The notes under the pieces: generated by a model
What the model was told of the DNA's origin: nothing
Database searches by the model: none
The model's input: the letters and a program-made list of their open reading frames with translations, nothing else
Part shown: in pieces, positions 19,818 through 29,646 of the stretch
Layout: the number at the start of each line of letters is the position of its first letter
Position numbering within the stretch: position 1 is the stretch's first letter
NCBI GenBank assembly: GCA_016875715.1
Contig: VGOZ01000002.1
Location: 20,608-84,607 of the forward strand
DNA length: 64,000 bases
Reading direction: 5' to 3'
From: Chloroflexota bacterium
GTDB taxonomy: Bacteria; Chloroflexota; UBA6077; FW602-bin22
Position numbers and translations under genes: made by a program

Positions 19818-20995
19818 TGAAGGCTCGGCTCACCGCCACCCGCGACCTGTCCTCAGCGGCGCCGGTGACAGCAATGTCCTGGGCCGACCGCGCCGCCGCG
19901 CTCCTTCGCGTGCCGCTGGCGCTGAAGCTGATTGTTGCCAACGGCGCGCTCTTGCTCACCGTCGCCGGCACCGTCGCCTACGTCGATCGGATGGCTTTCG
20001 GCGCCGCGGTATCCGTGACCGCGGTTCCCGGCATCGCGGTGGTCGCCCTCTTCGGCATGATCGCGGCCACAGGCGTGAACGCGCTGCTCGTGCGCTGGGC
20101 GCTTGCTCCCCTTCGCGAACTGGAGCGTGTGGCCACTGCGGTCGAAAACGGCGACCTGCTTGTGCGCGCCCGGCTCGGTCCGATTCGCGATCGGCAGACA
20201 GAGCGCATCGGGGCGCTGGCAAACCGAATCCTCGATGCCCACGATCAGCACCGCCACCAGATAGAAGCCGCCGCCGCCCAACTCTCCCGGCTGAGCGCCC
20301 GGGAGATGGAAACTCGAGAGGTCGAGCGCGGCGAAGTGGCTATCGAACTGCGTGAGGAGATCGGGCAGGTTCTCACCGCCATCACTGTCGCGTTGCAGGC
20401 GCTCGTCAACGAGATCGACGCCGGCGGCCCGCTCGAATCTGCCCAGATTCGCGATCGGGTCGCCGAACTCATCGTCCTGGCCCGTGATTCGCACGAGAGG
20501 TGCCTGCGGCGCGCTCAGGGGCTCCGCCCGAGTGTGCTGGATGACCTGGGTCTCGTGCCGGCGCTCCGTTCCGCCATCGCACGCTTCGGTGCGACGCACG
20601 GCCTGGACATCGTCTTCACCGTGAGCGATCCACCGCCTCGCCCGCCACGTCACGTGGGCACCGCCCTCTATCGTGTTGTGGAGGAGGCAATCGCCAACAC
20701 GGTGCGCCACGCCGGCGCGACACACATCGACGTGGACCTCGTCGTCGATGACGGCGCTCTCCGCGTCGCGATCGTCGACGATGGGCAGGGGTTCGATGCA
20801 ACGCGATCCCTCGACCCGCGGATGCTGGGAATCGCCGCGATGCGTCAGCGGGTTAAGGCGCTGGGTGGGGAACTCGCTCTCTGGAGCGAGGTGGGCGAGG
20901 GGACCCGCGTTGAGGCAAGCGTACCCGAGGGCGCCTGGATGGGCGACGCTCCCACGCCGCATCACATTTCAGGTGATTCCCCGATCCGTGGGTAG
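19817..20995 (+). CDS. Membrane HAMP-HisKA_3-HATPase kinase-like protein lacking the phosphoacceptor His
   Basis: Two TM helices, HAMP, H-box reads ELREEIGQ (normally ELHDEIGQ), LRPSVLDDLGL, EEAIANTVRH, DDGQGF. Confidence 0.85.
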   Translation: MKARLTATRDLSSAAPVTAMSWADRAAALLRVPLALKLIVANGALLLTVAGTVAYVDRMAFGAAVSVTAVPGIAVVALFGMIAATGVNALLVRWALAPLRELERVATAVENGDLLVRARLGPIRDRQTERIGALANRILDAHDQHRHQIEAAAAQLSRLSAREMETREVERGEVAIELREEIGQVLTAITVALQALVNEIDAGGPLESAQIRDRVAELIVLARDSHERCLRRAQGLRPSVLDDLGLVPALRSAIARFGATHGLDIVFTVSDPPPRPPRHVGTALYRVVEEAIANTVRHAGATHIDVDLVVDDGALRVAIVDDGQGFDATRSLDPRMLGIAAMRQRVKALGGELALWSEVGEGTRVEASVPEGAWMGDAPTPHHISGDSPIRG

Positions 20996-21018
20996 GACTT
21001 CTTTCCTACCCTCGTGGC

Positions 21019-21264
21019 GTGGACTTCTGGGATGAGGACCTGATGCTTCGTGCCGGACAGCGCGTTCCGCCGGGGCGCTACATGCGCGTCGACGTGCCCA
21101 CCGCGCGCACGCTGATCCTGGAGGTGGAGGACTTCCTCCCGGCCTCGTGCGACGGACACATCGCCCTCTATCAGCCGGCCGCGTTCTGCATGCCGGCATC
21201 GCGGACGATCGACGTCTATGCGTTCGAGGTGTTCGTCGGCGCGGCGAACCTGGCGGCCGCCTGA
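21019..21264 (+). CDS. Small hypothetical protein
   Basis: AGQRVPPGRY...LEVEDFLPASCDGHIALY; coding-like codon pattern; preceded by two palindromes. Confidence 0.55.
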   Translation: MDFWDEDLMLRAGQRVPPGRYMRVDVPTARTLILEVEDFLPASCDGHIALYQPAAFCMPASRTIDVYAFEVFVGAANLAAA

Positions 21265-21292
21265 GGGTCGCCCTTGCCGGCGCGCCCCGCGA

Positions 21293-22225
21293 TCACATCA
21301 GTTCGCGGACGAGTCCCTGCGCGAGTTCGGGTGAGATGCCCAGGGAGCGTCGGGCGAGTGCGCCACCCGAAGCCAGGACCGGCTCGAGCTGATCCAGACT
21401 GGGCAAATCATCGCGCTTCCAGAACAGGCCGATAGGGATCTCATCGCCCCAGATGTACGCCTGTTCCATCGCGGCCTGGAAATCCGACGGATCGTGGCCG
21501 CGATCCTCCAGCTTGTAGGTGCGCTGCTTGAAGAAGTCGTGGGTGTTGTCTCGGTTGAATGTGACGCACGGACTGAAACAGTCGATGAGGGCGAACCCCT
21601 TGTGGGTGATTCCGCCCTTGATGAGCTCGACCAGGTGGCGGATCTGACCCGTATAGCCGCGGGCAACGTAGGTCGCTCCGGCGGCAATCGCGACCGGGAT
21701 CGGGTTGATCGGGTTCTCGACGCTCCCCTGCGGCGTGCTCTTGGTCTTCATACCCTTGATGCTGGTGGGGGAGACCTGCCCCGTCGTGAGGCCGTAGATC
21801 TGGTTATCCATCACGATGTAGGTGAGGTCGACATTACGGCGGATCGAGTGCATGAAGTGGTTGCCACCAATGCCGTAGCCGTCACCGTCGCCGCCGGTCG
21901 CGATCACCTTCAGTTCGTGATTCGCTAGGGCGACCCCGCTCGCCACAGCAAGCGCGCGGCCGTGCAGCGTATGCATACCGTAGGTATTGATATAGCCCGG
22001 GAGGTTCGAGGAGCAGCCGATGCCGCTGACCGTGACCACCTCGTGCGGATAGAGCTCCAGCTCCACGATCGCCTGCTTCAGCGCGTTGAGGACGCCGAAA
22101 TCCCCACATCCCGGGCACCAATCGGGCTCGGCCTTCCCCTTCAGATCACGCACGGTGAGATGGGGTCGGGCCGAACGCTCCTGCGGCGAGTCCGCCGGAT
22201 GGGCGCTGGGTACGACGACACTCAT
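21293..22225 (-). CDS. 2-oxoacid:ferredoxin oxidoreductase beta subunit
   Basis: WCPGCGDFG, SGIGCS, HTLHGR, GGDGDG..IG, DNQIYGLTTGQ, SPCVTFN. Confidence 0.95.
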   Translation of the reverse strand: MSVVVPSAHPADSPQERSARPHLTVRDLKGKAEPDWCPGCGDFGVLNALKQAIVELELYPHEVVTVSGIGCSSNLPGYINTYGMHTLHGRALAVASGVALANHELKVIATGGDGDGYGIGGNHFMHSIRRNVDLTYIVMDNQIYGLTTGQVSPTSIKGMKTKSTPQGSVENPINPIPVAIAAGATYVARGYTGQIRHLVELIKGGITHKGFALIDCFSPCVTFNRDNTHDFFKQRTYKLEDRGHDPSDFQAAMEQAYIWGDEIPIGLFWKRDDLPSLDQLEPVLASGGALARRSLGISPELAQGLVRELM

Positions 22226-22236
22226 GGACTCTTCCT

Positions 22237-24030
22237 CTAGACTAGGATCTCGTGGGTCGGGACGTAGCGCAGCGTCCCCACCAGGACCTTCTTCACGCCC
22301 TCCACGATGTGGTGGGGCATGAAGGGCTCGCCATCGTATTTGCGGATGTGGCCGTCGGCGACGAGGCCCGTCTCCGAACGCAGGTAGCGCGCGAACTGGC
22401 CGCTGTAGTTGTTCTCGACCATGATCGTGCGCCGGGCCCGACCGAAGATGGCCGCGATCGCGTCGCCGTGGAGCGGCACGATCCACTGCACCTGAAGGTT
22501 GTTCGCCGTGATCCCCTCGGCGGCAAGGTGCTCGATCGCCTCCCGAATCACGCCGCGAGTGGAACCCCACCCGACGAGCGTAACCTGGGCATCCGCAGGC
22601 CCGAATAGTTCGGGCGGGTCGAGGCGCGCGAGCACGCCGTCCATCTTCCGCATCCGCTTCTCGTGCATTGCCTGCCGCTTGAGCGGGTTCGTGAACTCGT
22701 CGGAGATGAGCACGCCATCCTCGTCGTGCTCGTCGGTCGCGACCACGTGGACGTATCCCTCGGTACCCGGGAAGGCTCGAGGGGAGATGCCGCTCGGGGT
22801 GATCTCGTAACGGTTGTAATGGCCGTTGTGCTGATCCGCGGCCGCGCCGTTCGAACTGATCACCTCGCCGCGATCGATCGCGACGTTGAAATCGAGCGCA
22901 GCCGGGTCGATCGAGAAGCGCCCCTCGGAAAGGAGCAGATCGGAGAGGATGATGCCGGGGCACTGGAACCGATCGACAAGATTGAACAGCTTGGGCACGA
23001 CCGAGAAGCATTCCTCGATCGAGGTCGGCGCGACGATGATGCGTGGGTAGTCGCCCTGCCCGGCGCCGAGCGCTTGCCACAGGTCGCCCTGCTCGGTCTT
23101 GGTGGGAACGCCTGTCGCCGGACCGGCGCGCTGAACGTCGATACAGACGACCGGAATCTCCATCATCGCCGCCGCGCCGAGAGCCTCGGTCATCAACGCG
23201 AAGCCACCGCCGGATGTAGCGCACATCGCGCGCACGCCTGTATGCGCCGCGCCGATCGCCATGTTGATGACGCCCAGTTCGTCCTCGACCTGGCGAACCA
23301 TGATCCCCAACTGGCGGCCATGCGACGCCATCCAGTGAAGGACGCCGGTGGATGGGCTCATCGGGTAGGCGCAGTAGAACCGCACCCCCGCGGCCGCACC
23401 GCCCATTGCCAGCGCGGTGTTGCCATCAATGAACGCGAGCGGCTTGCCCGTGTCTGGCAGGGGGAAAGGGAACGGCGTGTAATGCGCCGCCGCATGGGAG
23501 TACCCAGCCCACGCCACGCCCACGTTCTCCTTCACTACGGCCTCGCCCTTGGACCGGAACTGGCGCGTGAGGATTTCTTCGAGGATCGAGAACTCCACGC
23601 CCATCAGCTGCAGACCCGCGGCCAGCGCGATCGTGTTCTGCACCAGATCGCCCTTCACGTTCGGGGCGAGCCCCTTGACCGAGAAGGGGCATAACTGCGC
23701 CCCAGGACTCGCCGTGCCCGGCTTGATTCGATCGCCGTTGAACAGGATGGCCGACCCGGCGCCCATCAGCTTCAGGTGCCGATCCATCGTGTCCTGGTTC
23801 AGGCAGATCAGCAGGTCGAGCCGATCGCCGTGGCTGAGGACCGGCGCATCACTCGTCCTGAGCGTGAGGAAGATGTGCCCGCCGCGAATGATCGATTGGT
23901 AGGCGTCGTATACGTTGACGTGCAACCCACGACGCACAAGGATGCGTGCGAGGATATTGCCCGGAGTGGCGATTCCCTGGCCCGCGGCACCACCAATCGC
24001 GATTGCGAGATCGACCTTACCCACCGACAC
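22237..24030 (-). CDS. 2-oxoacid:acceptor oxidoreductase alpha subunit (gamma-alpha fusion)
   Basis: IGGAAGQG, YPMSP, QVEDE, ATSGGGFALM, QRAGPATGVPTK, ENNYSGQ. Confidence 0.95.
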   Translation of the reverse strand: MSVGKVDLAIAIGGAAGQGIATPGNILARILVRRGLHVNVYDAYQSIIRGGHIFLTLRTSDAPVLSHGDRLDLLICLNQDTMDRHLKLMGAGSAILFNGDRIKPGTASPGAQLCPFSVKGLAPNVKGDLVQNTIALAAGLQLMGVEFSILEEILTRQFRSKGEAVVKENVGVAWAGYSHAAAHYTPFPFPLPDTGKPLAFIDGNTALAMGGAAAGVRFYCAYPMSPSTGVLHWMASHGRQLGIMVRQVEDELGVINMAIGAAHTGVRAMCATSGGGFALMTEALGAAAMMEIPVVCIDVQRAGPATGVPTKTEQGDLWQALGAGQGDYPRIIVAPTSIEECFSVVPKLFNLVDRFQCPGIILSDLLLSEGRFSIDPAALDFNVAIDRGEVISSNGAAADQHNGHYNRYEITPSGISPRAFPGTEGYVHVVATDEHDEDGVLISDEFTNPLKRQAMHEKRMRKMDGVLARLDPPELFGPADAQVTLVGWGSTRGVIREAIEHLAAEGITANNLQVQWIVPLHGDAIAAIFGRARRTIMVENNYSGQFARYLRSETGLVADGHIRKYDGEPFMPHHIVEGVKKVLVGTLRYVPTHEILV

Positions 24031-24148
24031 AGTCTCCGAGACGTCGTCTAGCGGTCGAGCCGCGGCGGGTCGTGATCCCAGTCGCGTCTATGGCCCGCTC
24101 CAGTTCTGTATGTGACACCGTAGCACAGGGGCCCTTCCCGGGGTGCGT

Positions 24149-24745
24149 TCATCCTGGCGCCGCCGGGTATCCAGCGGCTTCCGCTTCCGCCACCGAGGCG
24201 TAGCAGCGGGTCGGACGTGCCGCACGGTAGGCGATGTGCAGCGGCGCGTAGTGACGCCGGTCCGTCGCCGAGATGACTGCCTTGACAGGAAAGGTGCTCG
24301 GGCACGTGTCAATCGCGACTGGCGGCATGCCTGCTTCGGATTGACTGTTCCCCATTCGGGGTACCGCCGTCGCACCGCCGAGCGGCGCTAGAGTGCGGAC
24401 CGCGGGTAGGGTGGGCAGGCCGGGGCGAGGTACCACGGGCCCTGAGCCCGTCGCGGTGACCCGCCCGGCGAACGCGGGCGTGGCGGTTGACAGTCGACGT
24501 GCGACCGTGACCGTGGGCCGGGGCGTCGCCGCCGGTGGGCCCGTGGCGGCGGTGTCGGGAACTCCGCGCACGAGCGAGACGGTGGTCCGCTGGGCGGCTG
24601 GACGTTCCGGTGTTGTGGGGCGCTCCGGTGTCGGTGACCCGGGTCCGCCTGCGACGAGAACGCCGCGCGTCGACGACCCCGGGGTGATCGGCTGCGGTTC
24701 CGGGGTGCCACACCCGCTCGCGCCCCAGACGAGCGCCACCGTCAC
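24149..24745 (-). CDS. Putative lipoprotein with Pro/Thr linker and small C-terminal Cys domain (start uncertain)
   Basis: ASGC lipobox-like; CPSTFPVKA...RCYASVAEAEAAGY resembles Ada-metal-binding-like tails. Confidence 0.5.
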   Translation of the reverse strand: MTVALVWGASGCGTPEPQPITPGSSTRGVLVAGGPGSPTPERPTTPERPAAQRTTVSLVRGVPDTAATGPPAATPRPTVTVARRLSTATPAFAGRVTATGSGPVVPRPGLPTLPAVRTLAPLGGATAVPRMGNSQSEAGMPPVAIDTCPSTFPVKAVISATDRRHYAPLHIAYRAARPTRCYASVAEAEAAGYPAAPG

Positions 24746-24750
24746 AAGCG

Positions 24751-25587
24751 TCAGCCAGAACGCGCGAGAAGTCCGGCCAGCGTTCCGCCGAGGATCTTCG
24801 ATCGGTCTTCCTCCGACAGGTGACGCGCCCCCTCGCGGAACGCCTCCAGGCTCTGACGATAGGTCATCGACCGGCGGACGACCGGATAGTCGGATCCCCA
24901 GCAGAGCCGGTCCGGCCCGTACGCGTCGACGATCGAGCGGAGGAGCGCGAGACAATCCGGATAGGGGAAGCCCCACGCCCGCTCGGAGGCGTAGTGGAAG
25001 CCGGAGATCTTCAGCCAGATGTTGGGGATCGCGGCCGAGCCCAGCACCGCCGCGATGGTGTCGGGTTGCCCGACCCTCGCCGAGCCCATGTGGTGGCAAA
25101 GGAAGGTGAGTTCCGGGAAGTCGCTCGCCAGCCGTCGGAGCATCGGTTGGAGGTGAGCGGGCAGCGCCAGGCTGACGATCTGGCGGTGCGCCCTAGCGAC
25201 CGAGAAGAAGGATCGCGCTTCCGGTCCGAGATACCAGGCACCATCGTCCTCGGCTCGTATGTAGTGGGTGAATCCCTTCAGGCTGTAGCGCGCGATCGCC
25301 GACTCCAGGCGGTGTGCGGCGCCGGGTGCCTGGTAGGTCGGCCACCAGAAGCAATCGACATCGGCGAACTGGTCCAGGCGTGCGCCGTGAACGCGCACGC
25401 ATGCGTGGCCGTAGTCGTTGTTCTCCGGGTTGTGATCGATGCGCGCGCACACGAGTACCGCGCGGTCGACGCCGCATCGATCCATCTCCCACAGGAGTTG
25501 CTCGACACGACCGCGACTCTCCGGATCGGGGACGGGCGGCTCGTAGGGCCAGCGCCGCCAGGCGTGGCAGTGAGAGTCGACGATCAC
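24751..25587 (-). CDS. Amidohydrolase family protein (Amidohydro_2)
   Basis: IVDSHCHAW, LCHHMG, WLKISG, RLCWGSDYPV. Confidence 0.9.
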   Translation of the reverse strand: MIVDSHCHAWRRWPYEPPVPDPESRGRVEQLLWEMDRCGVDRAVLVCARIDHNPENNDYGHACVRVHGARLDQFADVDCFWWPTYQAPGAAHRLESAIARYSLKGFTHYIRAEDDGAWYLGPEARSFFSVARAHRQIVSLALPAHLQPMLRRLASDFPELTFLCHHMGSARVGQPDTIAAVLGSAAIPNIWLKISGFHYASERAWGFPYPDCLALLRSIVDAYGPDRLCWGSDYPVVRRSMTYRQSLEAFREGARHLSEEDRSKILGGTLAGLLARSG

Positions 25588-25856
25588 GCGGCGGGTCCCG
25601 GCGCCACGCGGCGGGAGCGCCGGGGCGTCCAGGCCTGATCCGGCGCCGGCGGTGGGAGATTCTTCGCGACTTCGTCGAGGAGGCGTCGCGTCGTCGTCAC
25701 GATCTCCTGGACCGCCGATTCGAAGACCGCCTCGTGGCGGGCGGTCGGCCGCGAGAAGCCGCTCACCTTGCGCACGAACTGCCGCGCGGCGGCGGCGATG
25801 GCGGCGTCATCGCCGATCGCGCCGCCGTTCCGCAGGATCTGAATGCTCCGACACAC
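25584..25856 (-). CDS. DUF2277 family protein
   Basis: CRSIQILR...AAARQFVRKVSG...FESAV.EI..TTRRLLD. Confidence 0.85.
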   Translation of the reverse strand: MCRSIQILRNGGAIGDDAAIAAAARQFVRKVSGFSRPTARHEAVFESAVQEIVTTTRRLLDEVAKNLPPPAPDQAWTPRRSRRVAPGPAA

Positions 25857-25965
25857 GAGCACATCCCTCCCTCGGTGGTGCATCGTCGCAGGCAGCCCGC
25901 GGCGCGGGCAAGGACCAGGGTCCGCATCCGTGCGCCCCGCCGCGCCGCATCACCCCGCGACCGCG

Positions 25966-26586
25966 CTACCAACCGCGGGCGATCCACTCCGCGAGGTGAG
26001 GGCGCTCGGCGCCGATCGTTGTTTCCCTGCCATGGCCCGGGTACACCCGCGTCTCGTCCGGAAGCACGAACAGGTGTGTCTTGATCTTCTCGATGAGGAG
26101 AGGGAAGTCACTGCCGGCGCGTCGCGTGTTGCCGGGACCGCCCGGGAAGAGCGTGTCGCCGGCGATCAGGTGGCCCGGGTAGGAGAAGCAAACGCCGCCG
26201 GCGGTGTGGCCCGGTGTATGGAGCACCAGAAACGAAAGTGACCCGACGGTGAGGAGGTCGCCGTGCTCCAGGTAACGGTCGGGACCGCTGCTGAGCGCCG
26301 CCGCGTCCGCGCGGTGGATCGCCACCGGGACGTCCAGCGCCGATCGGACTGCGTCCAGCGCGCGGATGTGATCGCCATCGCCGTGTGTTTCCCAGATCGC
26401 CTGGACCTTCGTATCGTGGCACGCAGCGAGGATGCGCTCCGCCTCGTCAGCGCAATCGACGATCACACTCTCCCGCGTCGCCGCGTCGATGAGGATGTAG
26501 ACGTTGTTGTCCAAACCGCCGACCGAGAGTTTCCGGATGTGCAACCGATCGTCGGCGAATTGCGGATCCGCGTAGCGCGTCGCCAC
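25966..26586 (-). CDS. MBL-fold metallo-hydrolase (glyoxalase II-like)
   Basis: THGDGDH, HTPGHT, GDTLF, VYPGHG, TTIGAE. Confidence 0.88.
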   Translation of the reverse strand: MATRYADPQFADDRLHIRKLSVGGLDNNVYILIDAATRESVIVDCADEAERILAACHDTKVQAIWETHGDGDHIRALDAVRSALDVPVAIHRADAAALSSGPDRYLEHGDLLTVGSLSFLVLHTPGHTAGGVCFSYPGHLIAGDTLFPGGPGNTRRAGSDFPLLIEKIKTHLFVLPDETRVYPGHGRETTIGAERPHLAEWIARGW

Positions 26587-27037
26587 TGGCACAGCATACG
26601 GCCTCGAGGGTGGGGCCGGCGCGGTCAGCACGCAGGACGTCCCCGCCAGGTCGGGGGATTCCCCGACGCATCGCCAGAAAGGAACCGAGAGACTGTGAAC
26701 GCGACGCACAAAGCGGGAGGAGCAAAAGGGGCGGCGCCAGGAAGCCGAAACGCGCGTCGGGGCGCGCGGATGATGGCGAAGCCAGCGGGTCGCTCGATGG
26801 AAGATCGAGCGCGTACCTTCCCTCCCGCGGGAGGATCGGGGCGGCGAGGCTCTCGGTTCTCCCGTCGCGTTTCCCGGTATAACCGGGGGCCCAGCCCATC
26901 CGAGTGGCTTACGCGCCGCGCTGCGGATGCTTGCCCGCGGGGACGCTCGATGCAATATCGCCGGGCGACCGGTGGAGCCGTGTGCAAACCGTGCTCCCAC
27001 ACGACTCCTGACGCGTGCCAGAACAGTCCCCCAGTCC

Positions 27038-27054
27038 ACTATCCATATGATAGT
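27038..27054. promoter_or_regulatory. Palindromic operator ACTAT-N7-ATAGT upstream of LLM gene
   Basis: ACTATCCATATGATAGT, 11 bp before the ATG; second copy at 51360. Confidence 0.55.
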
Positions 27055-27065
27055 ATCCGTCTCCT

Positions 27066-28139
27066 ATGGAACTGGGCGTCTACTCCTTCGGCGAGATCCC
27101 CCTGGGAACGGCGACACGACCCGCCGAGGGCCCGGGGAAGCGACTCCGTGACCTGATTGAGGAGATCGTCCTCGCCGATCAAGTCGGACTGGATGTCTTC
27201 GGCGTCGGCGAACATCATCGGCCCGATTTCGCCGTCTCCGCTCCGGCGGTGGTCCTTGCGGCCGCGGCCGAGCGAACGTCGCGCATCCGGCTGGGCAGCG
27301 CGGTCTCGGTGCTCAGTTCGGACGACCCCGTGCGCGTGTTCCAGCAGTTCGCGACTCTCGATTTGCTCTCAGGGGGTCGAGCCGAGATGATGGCCGGCCG
27401 CGGATCTTTCGTCGAGTCGTTCCCTCTCTTCGGCTACGACCTCAAGGATTACGACGAACTCTTTGCCGAGAAACTTGAACTGCTCCTCCGCATCCGCGCA
27501 TCGGAGCACGTGATCTGGGAAGGCGGCCATCGTCCGCCCATCGCGAACCGCGGTGTCTATCCGCGACCGATCCAGGATCCGCTTCCGCTGTGGATCGCGG
27601 TTGGCGGCTCACCCAATTCGGCCTTCCGGGCCGGAGCGCTGGGACTGCCTATGGCGCTCGCGATCATCGGCGGGGAGCCTGCCCGATTCGCACCGTTCGC
27701 GGAAATCCATCGGCGCGGCGCCCGTCAGGCCGGGATGGCGGTCCCGGCGCTGAGCATCAACTCCCACGGCTACATTGCTGAGTCCTCGCAGGAGGCCGCC
27801 GACGAGTACTTCCCTCCCTTCCTTGAACTGATGTCGCGGATCGGGCGCGAACGGGGATGGGCGCCGATGACTCGCGAGGACTTCGAGACATCGCGGACGC
27901 TGCGCGGCGCGAACTTCGTGGGGAGCCCGGCGCAGGTCGTCGAGAAGATCCTCTTCCAGCACGAGATCTTCCATCACCAGCGGTTCACGCTGATGTTCAG
28001 CGCCGGATCGATGCCCCACGCCGGGGTGATGCGTTCCATCGAACTGTTCGGCACCCGAGTGGTGCCTGAGGTCCGCCGAGCCCTCGCGACGAAGGCCGAT
28101 CGGCCTGCCATTCCGCTCGTCGCGCCCGCGGCGAACTGA
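27066..28139 (+). CDS. LLM class flavin-dependent oxidoreductase
   Basis: [43 protein letters not shown]. Confidence 0.93.
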   Translation: MELGVYSFGEIPLGTATRPAEGPGKRLRDLIEEIVLADQVGLDVFGVGEHHRPDFAVSAPAVVLAAAAERTSRIRLGSAVSVLSSDDPVRVFQQFATLDLLSGGRAEMMAGRGSFVESFPLFGYDLKDYDELFAEKLELLLRIRASEHVIWEGGHRPPIANRGVYPRPIQDPLPLWIAVGGSPNSAFRAGALGLPMALAIIGGEPARFAPFAEIHRRGARQAGMAVPALSINSHGYIAESSQEAADEYFPPFLELMSRIGRERGWAPMTREDFETSRTLRGANFVGSPAQVVEKILFQHEIFHHQRFTLMFSAGSMPHAGVMRSIELFGTRVVPEVRRALATKADRPAIPLVAPAAN

Positions 28140-28151
28140 CAGGTGTTCGCC

Positions 28152-28700
28152 CTAGACAGGGCGAAGCGGCGCGGCGACCGTCGGGCGTTCGACCGCGATC
28201 GGATCGCCGCGGTGGACGACACCTCCCCGAAGAACGATCGCCATCACGCCAGCCTTGCGGATGATCTCTCCGCCGGCGTCGCGATCGAGAGTCGCCGCCA
28301 TGAGTCCGGTCTGAAGGCCATCGAGCTGCGCGCATGGGTTGCGCAGGCCGGTCAGTTCGATCTCGGCGTCCGCGCCTAGGCGCAGCCGCGTACCGGTCGG
28401 CAAGCTCAGCAGATCGAGGCCGCGAGTCGTTACGTTCTCCCCCATCACACCAGGTGGGATAGCGAATCCCGCCAGCGCGAGTTCGTCGTGCAGTTCCCCG
28501 TGGATGAGGTGCACCTGGCGGAGGTTCGGCTGGCTTGGGTCGCGCGCCACGCGAGAACGATGCTTCACCGTCGCCCCGCAGTGGGCATCTCCTTCCAAGC
28601 CGAGACCGGCGATCAGGGTGATGGACGCGACGTTCGGCTTCATCATCGTATGGCCCGGTGACAGACTGACTGCCTCGACCACCGCTGCCATCTCTCTCAC
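28152..28700 (-). CDS. MOSC domain protein
   Basis: GLEGDAH, RQVHLIH, GENVTT, TGLRNPC.QL, GVMAIV..GG. Confidence 0.9.
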   Translation of the reverse strand: MREMAAVVEAVSLSPGHTMMKPNVASITLIAGLGLEGDAHCGATVKHRSRVARDPSQPNLRQVHLIHGELHDELALAGFAIPPGVMGENVTTRGLDLLSLPTGTRLRLGADAEIELTGLRNPCAQLDGLQTGLMAATLDRDAGGEIIRKAGVMAIVLRGGVVHRGDPIAVERPTVAAPLRPV

Positions 28701-28763
28701 CCCATACGCGTCGCCGTTCGCGGAATCGTAAACCGCTCCGACCCTGCGGGGGAGCGTGTCGCG

Positions 28764-29096
28764 TCAGTCGAGGTAGCGTCGCTCGGACGGCCACCACCGG
28801 CCGTATCGGGCGATCTGCTGGCGCACGATGATGCGTCGTGCGGCGCGCAGCTCCTCCTCGAGGCGCTCGCGCCAGCCATCACCGGGCGCGCCATCCCGAT
28901 CGATCCTCGCCCGGGCTTCCGCCACGGTGTCCCGCGCTCGGGCAAGATGGCGACGCAGATCGTGTCCAGGCGCACCGGAGGCGGCTCGGTCCCAGTCCGT
29001 TCGCACGGCCGCGATCTGCCCGGAGGCGAGGCGGAGCGCCCAGAGTTCGGGATCGAATCGCCTGAGTGTCGCGTTCGGAAAGACCACGCCGATCAT
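28764..29096 (-). CDS. Hypothetical protein
   Basis: Fills the gap between MOSC and DUF6941 genes; no recognised motif. Confidence 0.35.
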   Translation of the reverse strand: MIGVVFPNATLRRFDPELWALRLASGQIAAVRTDWDRAASGAPGHDLRRHLARARDTVAEARARIDRDGAPGDGWRERLEEELRAARRIIVRQQIARYGRWWPSERRYLD

Positions 29097-29192
29097 CGCG
29101 CATGCCGCGCTTTGGTGGAGGCGTCCGGCGGCACTACGGCACCGCCCTGGCCCGAGGCGCGACAATAGCGCGACTGTCGCGGGGAGTCGCCG

Positions 29193-29639
29193 ATGGATCT
29201 CGAGCGGGTGGACGTGGATTTCTTGCTCATGGCCGATCGCGCCGAGGCGATCAACGGCAAGCTGTACATGCTGGGCGGCGCCTGGGACCGAATCGGTGTG
29301 GCCGACTTCCAGAAGCCCATCCTCTTCTCGGTCGCTATCGGCATGCTCGTTCCCTGGAATGCGACGAACATGAGCCACACCGTCCTGTTGACGATCCGCG
29401 ACGCCGACGCGCATCCAGTCAATTTTCGAATCGAAGCGAGTTTCGTGACGGGGCGCCCGCCGCAGCTCAACGGCGAGACCCAGCGCGTTCTCCTCGCTGT
29501 GCCCAACGCTACCGCGTTATTGCGCGGTCCTGGCCAGTACCTGCTGAGCGCGGCGATCAACGGCCGGGAGAGCAAGGTCGTGCGGTTCATCGCCCACCCC
29601 GTCGCGCCCGACGTCCCAGCCCCACCATCGCCGGGCTGA
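29193..29639 (+). CDS. DUF6941-like protein
   Basis: LLMADRAEAINGKLYMLGGAWD; GGGAG RBS. Confidence 0.7.
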   Translation: MDLERVDVDFLLMADRAEAINGKLYMLGGAWDRIGVADFQKPILFSVAIGMLVPWNATNMSHTVLLTIRDADAHPVNFRIEASFVTGRPPQLNGETQRVLLAVPNATALLRGPGQYLLSAAINGRESKVVRFIAHPVAPDVPAPPSPG

Positions 29640-29646
29640 ACTCGCC

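Noticed and set aside
21293-23224. 643-aa version of the oxidoreductase beta subunit
   Set aside because: The extension overlaps the alpha gene in another frame; the real start is ATG 22225 with a GAGG-containing RBS.
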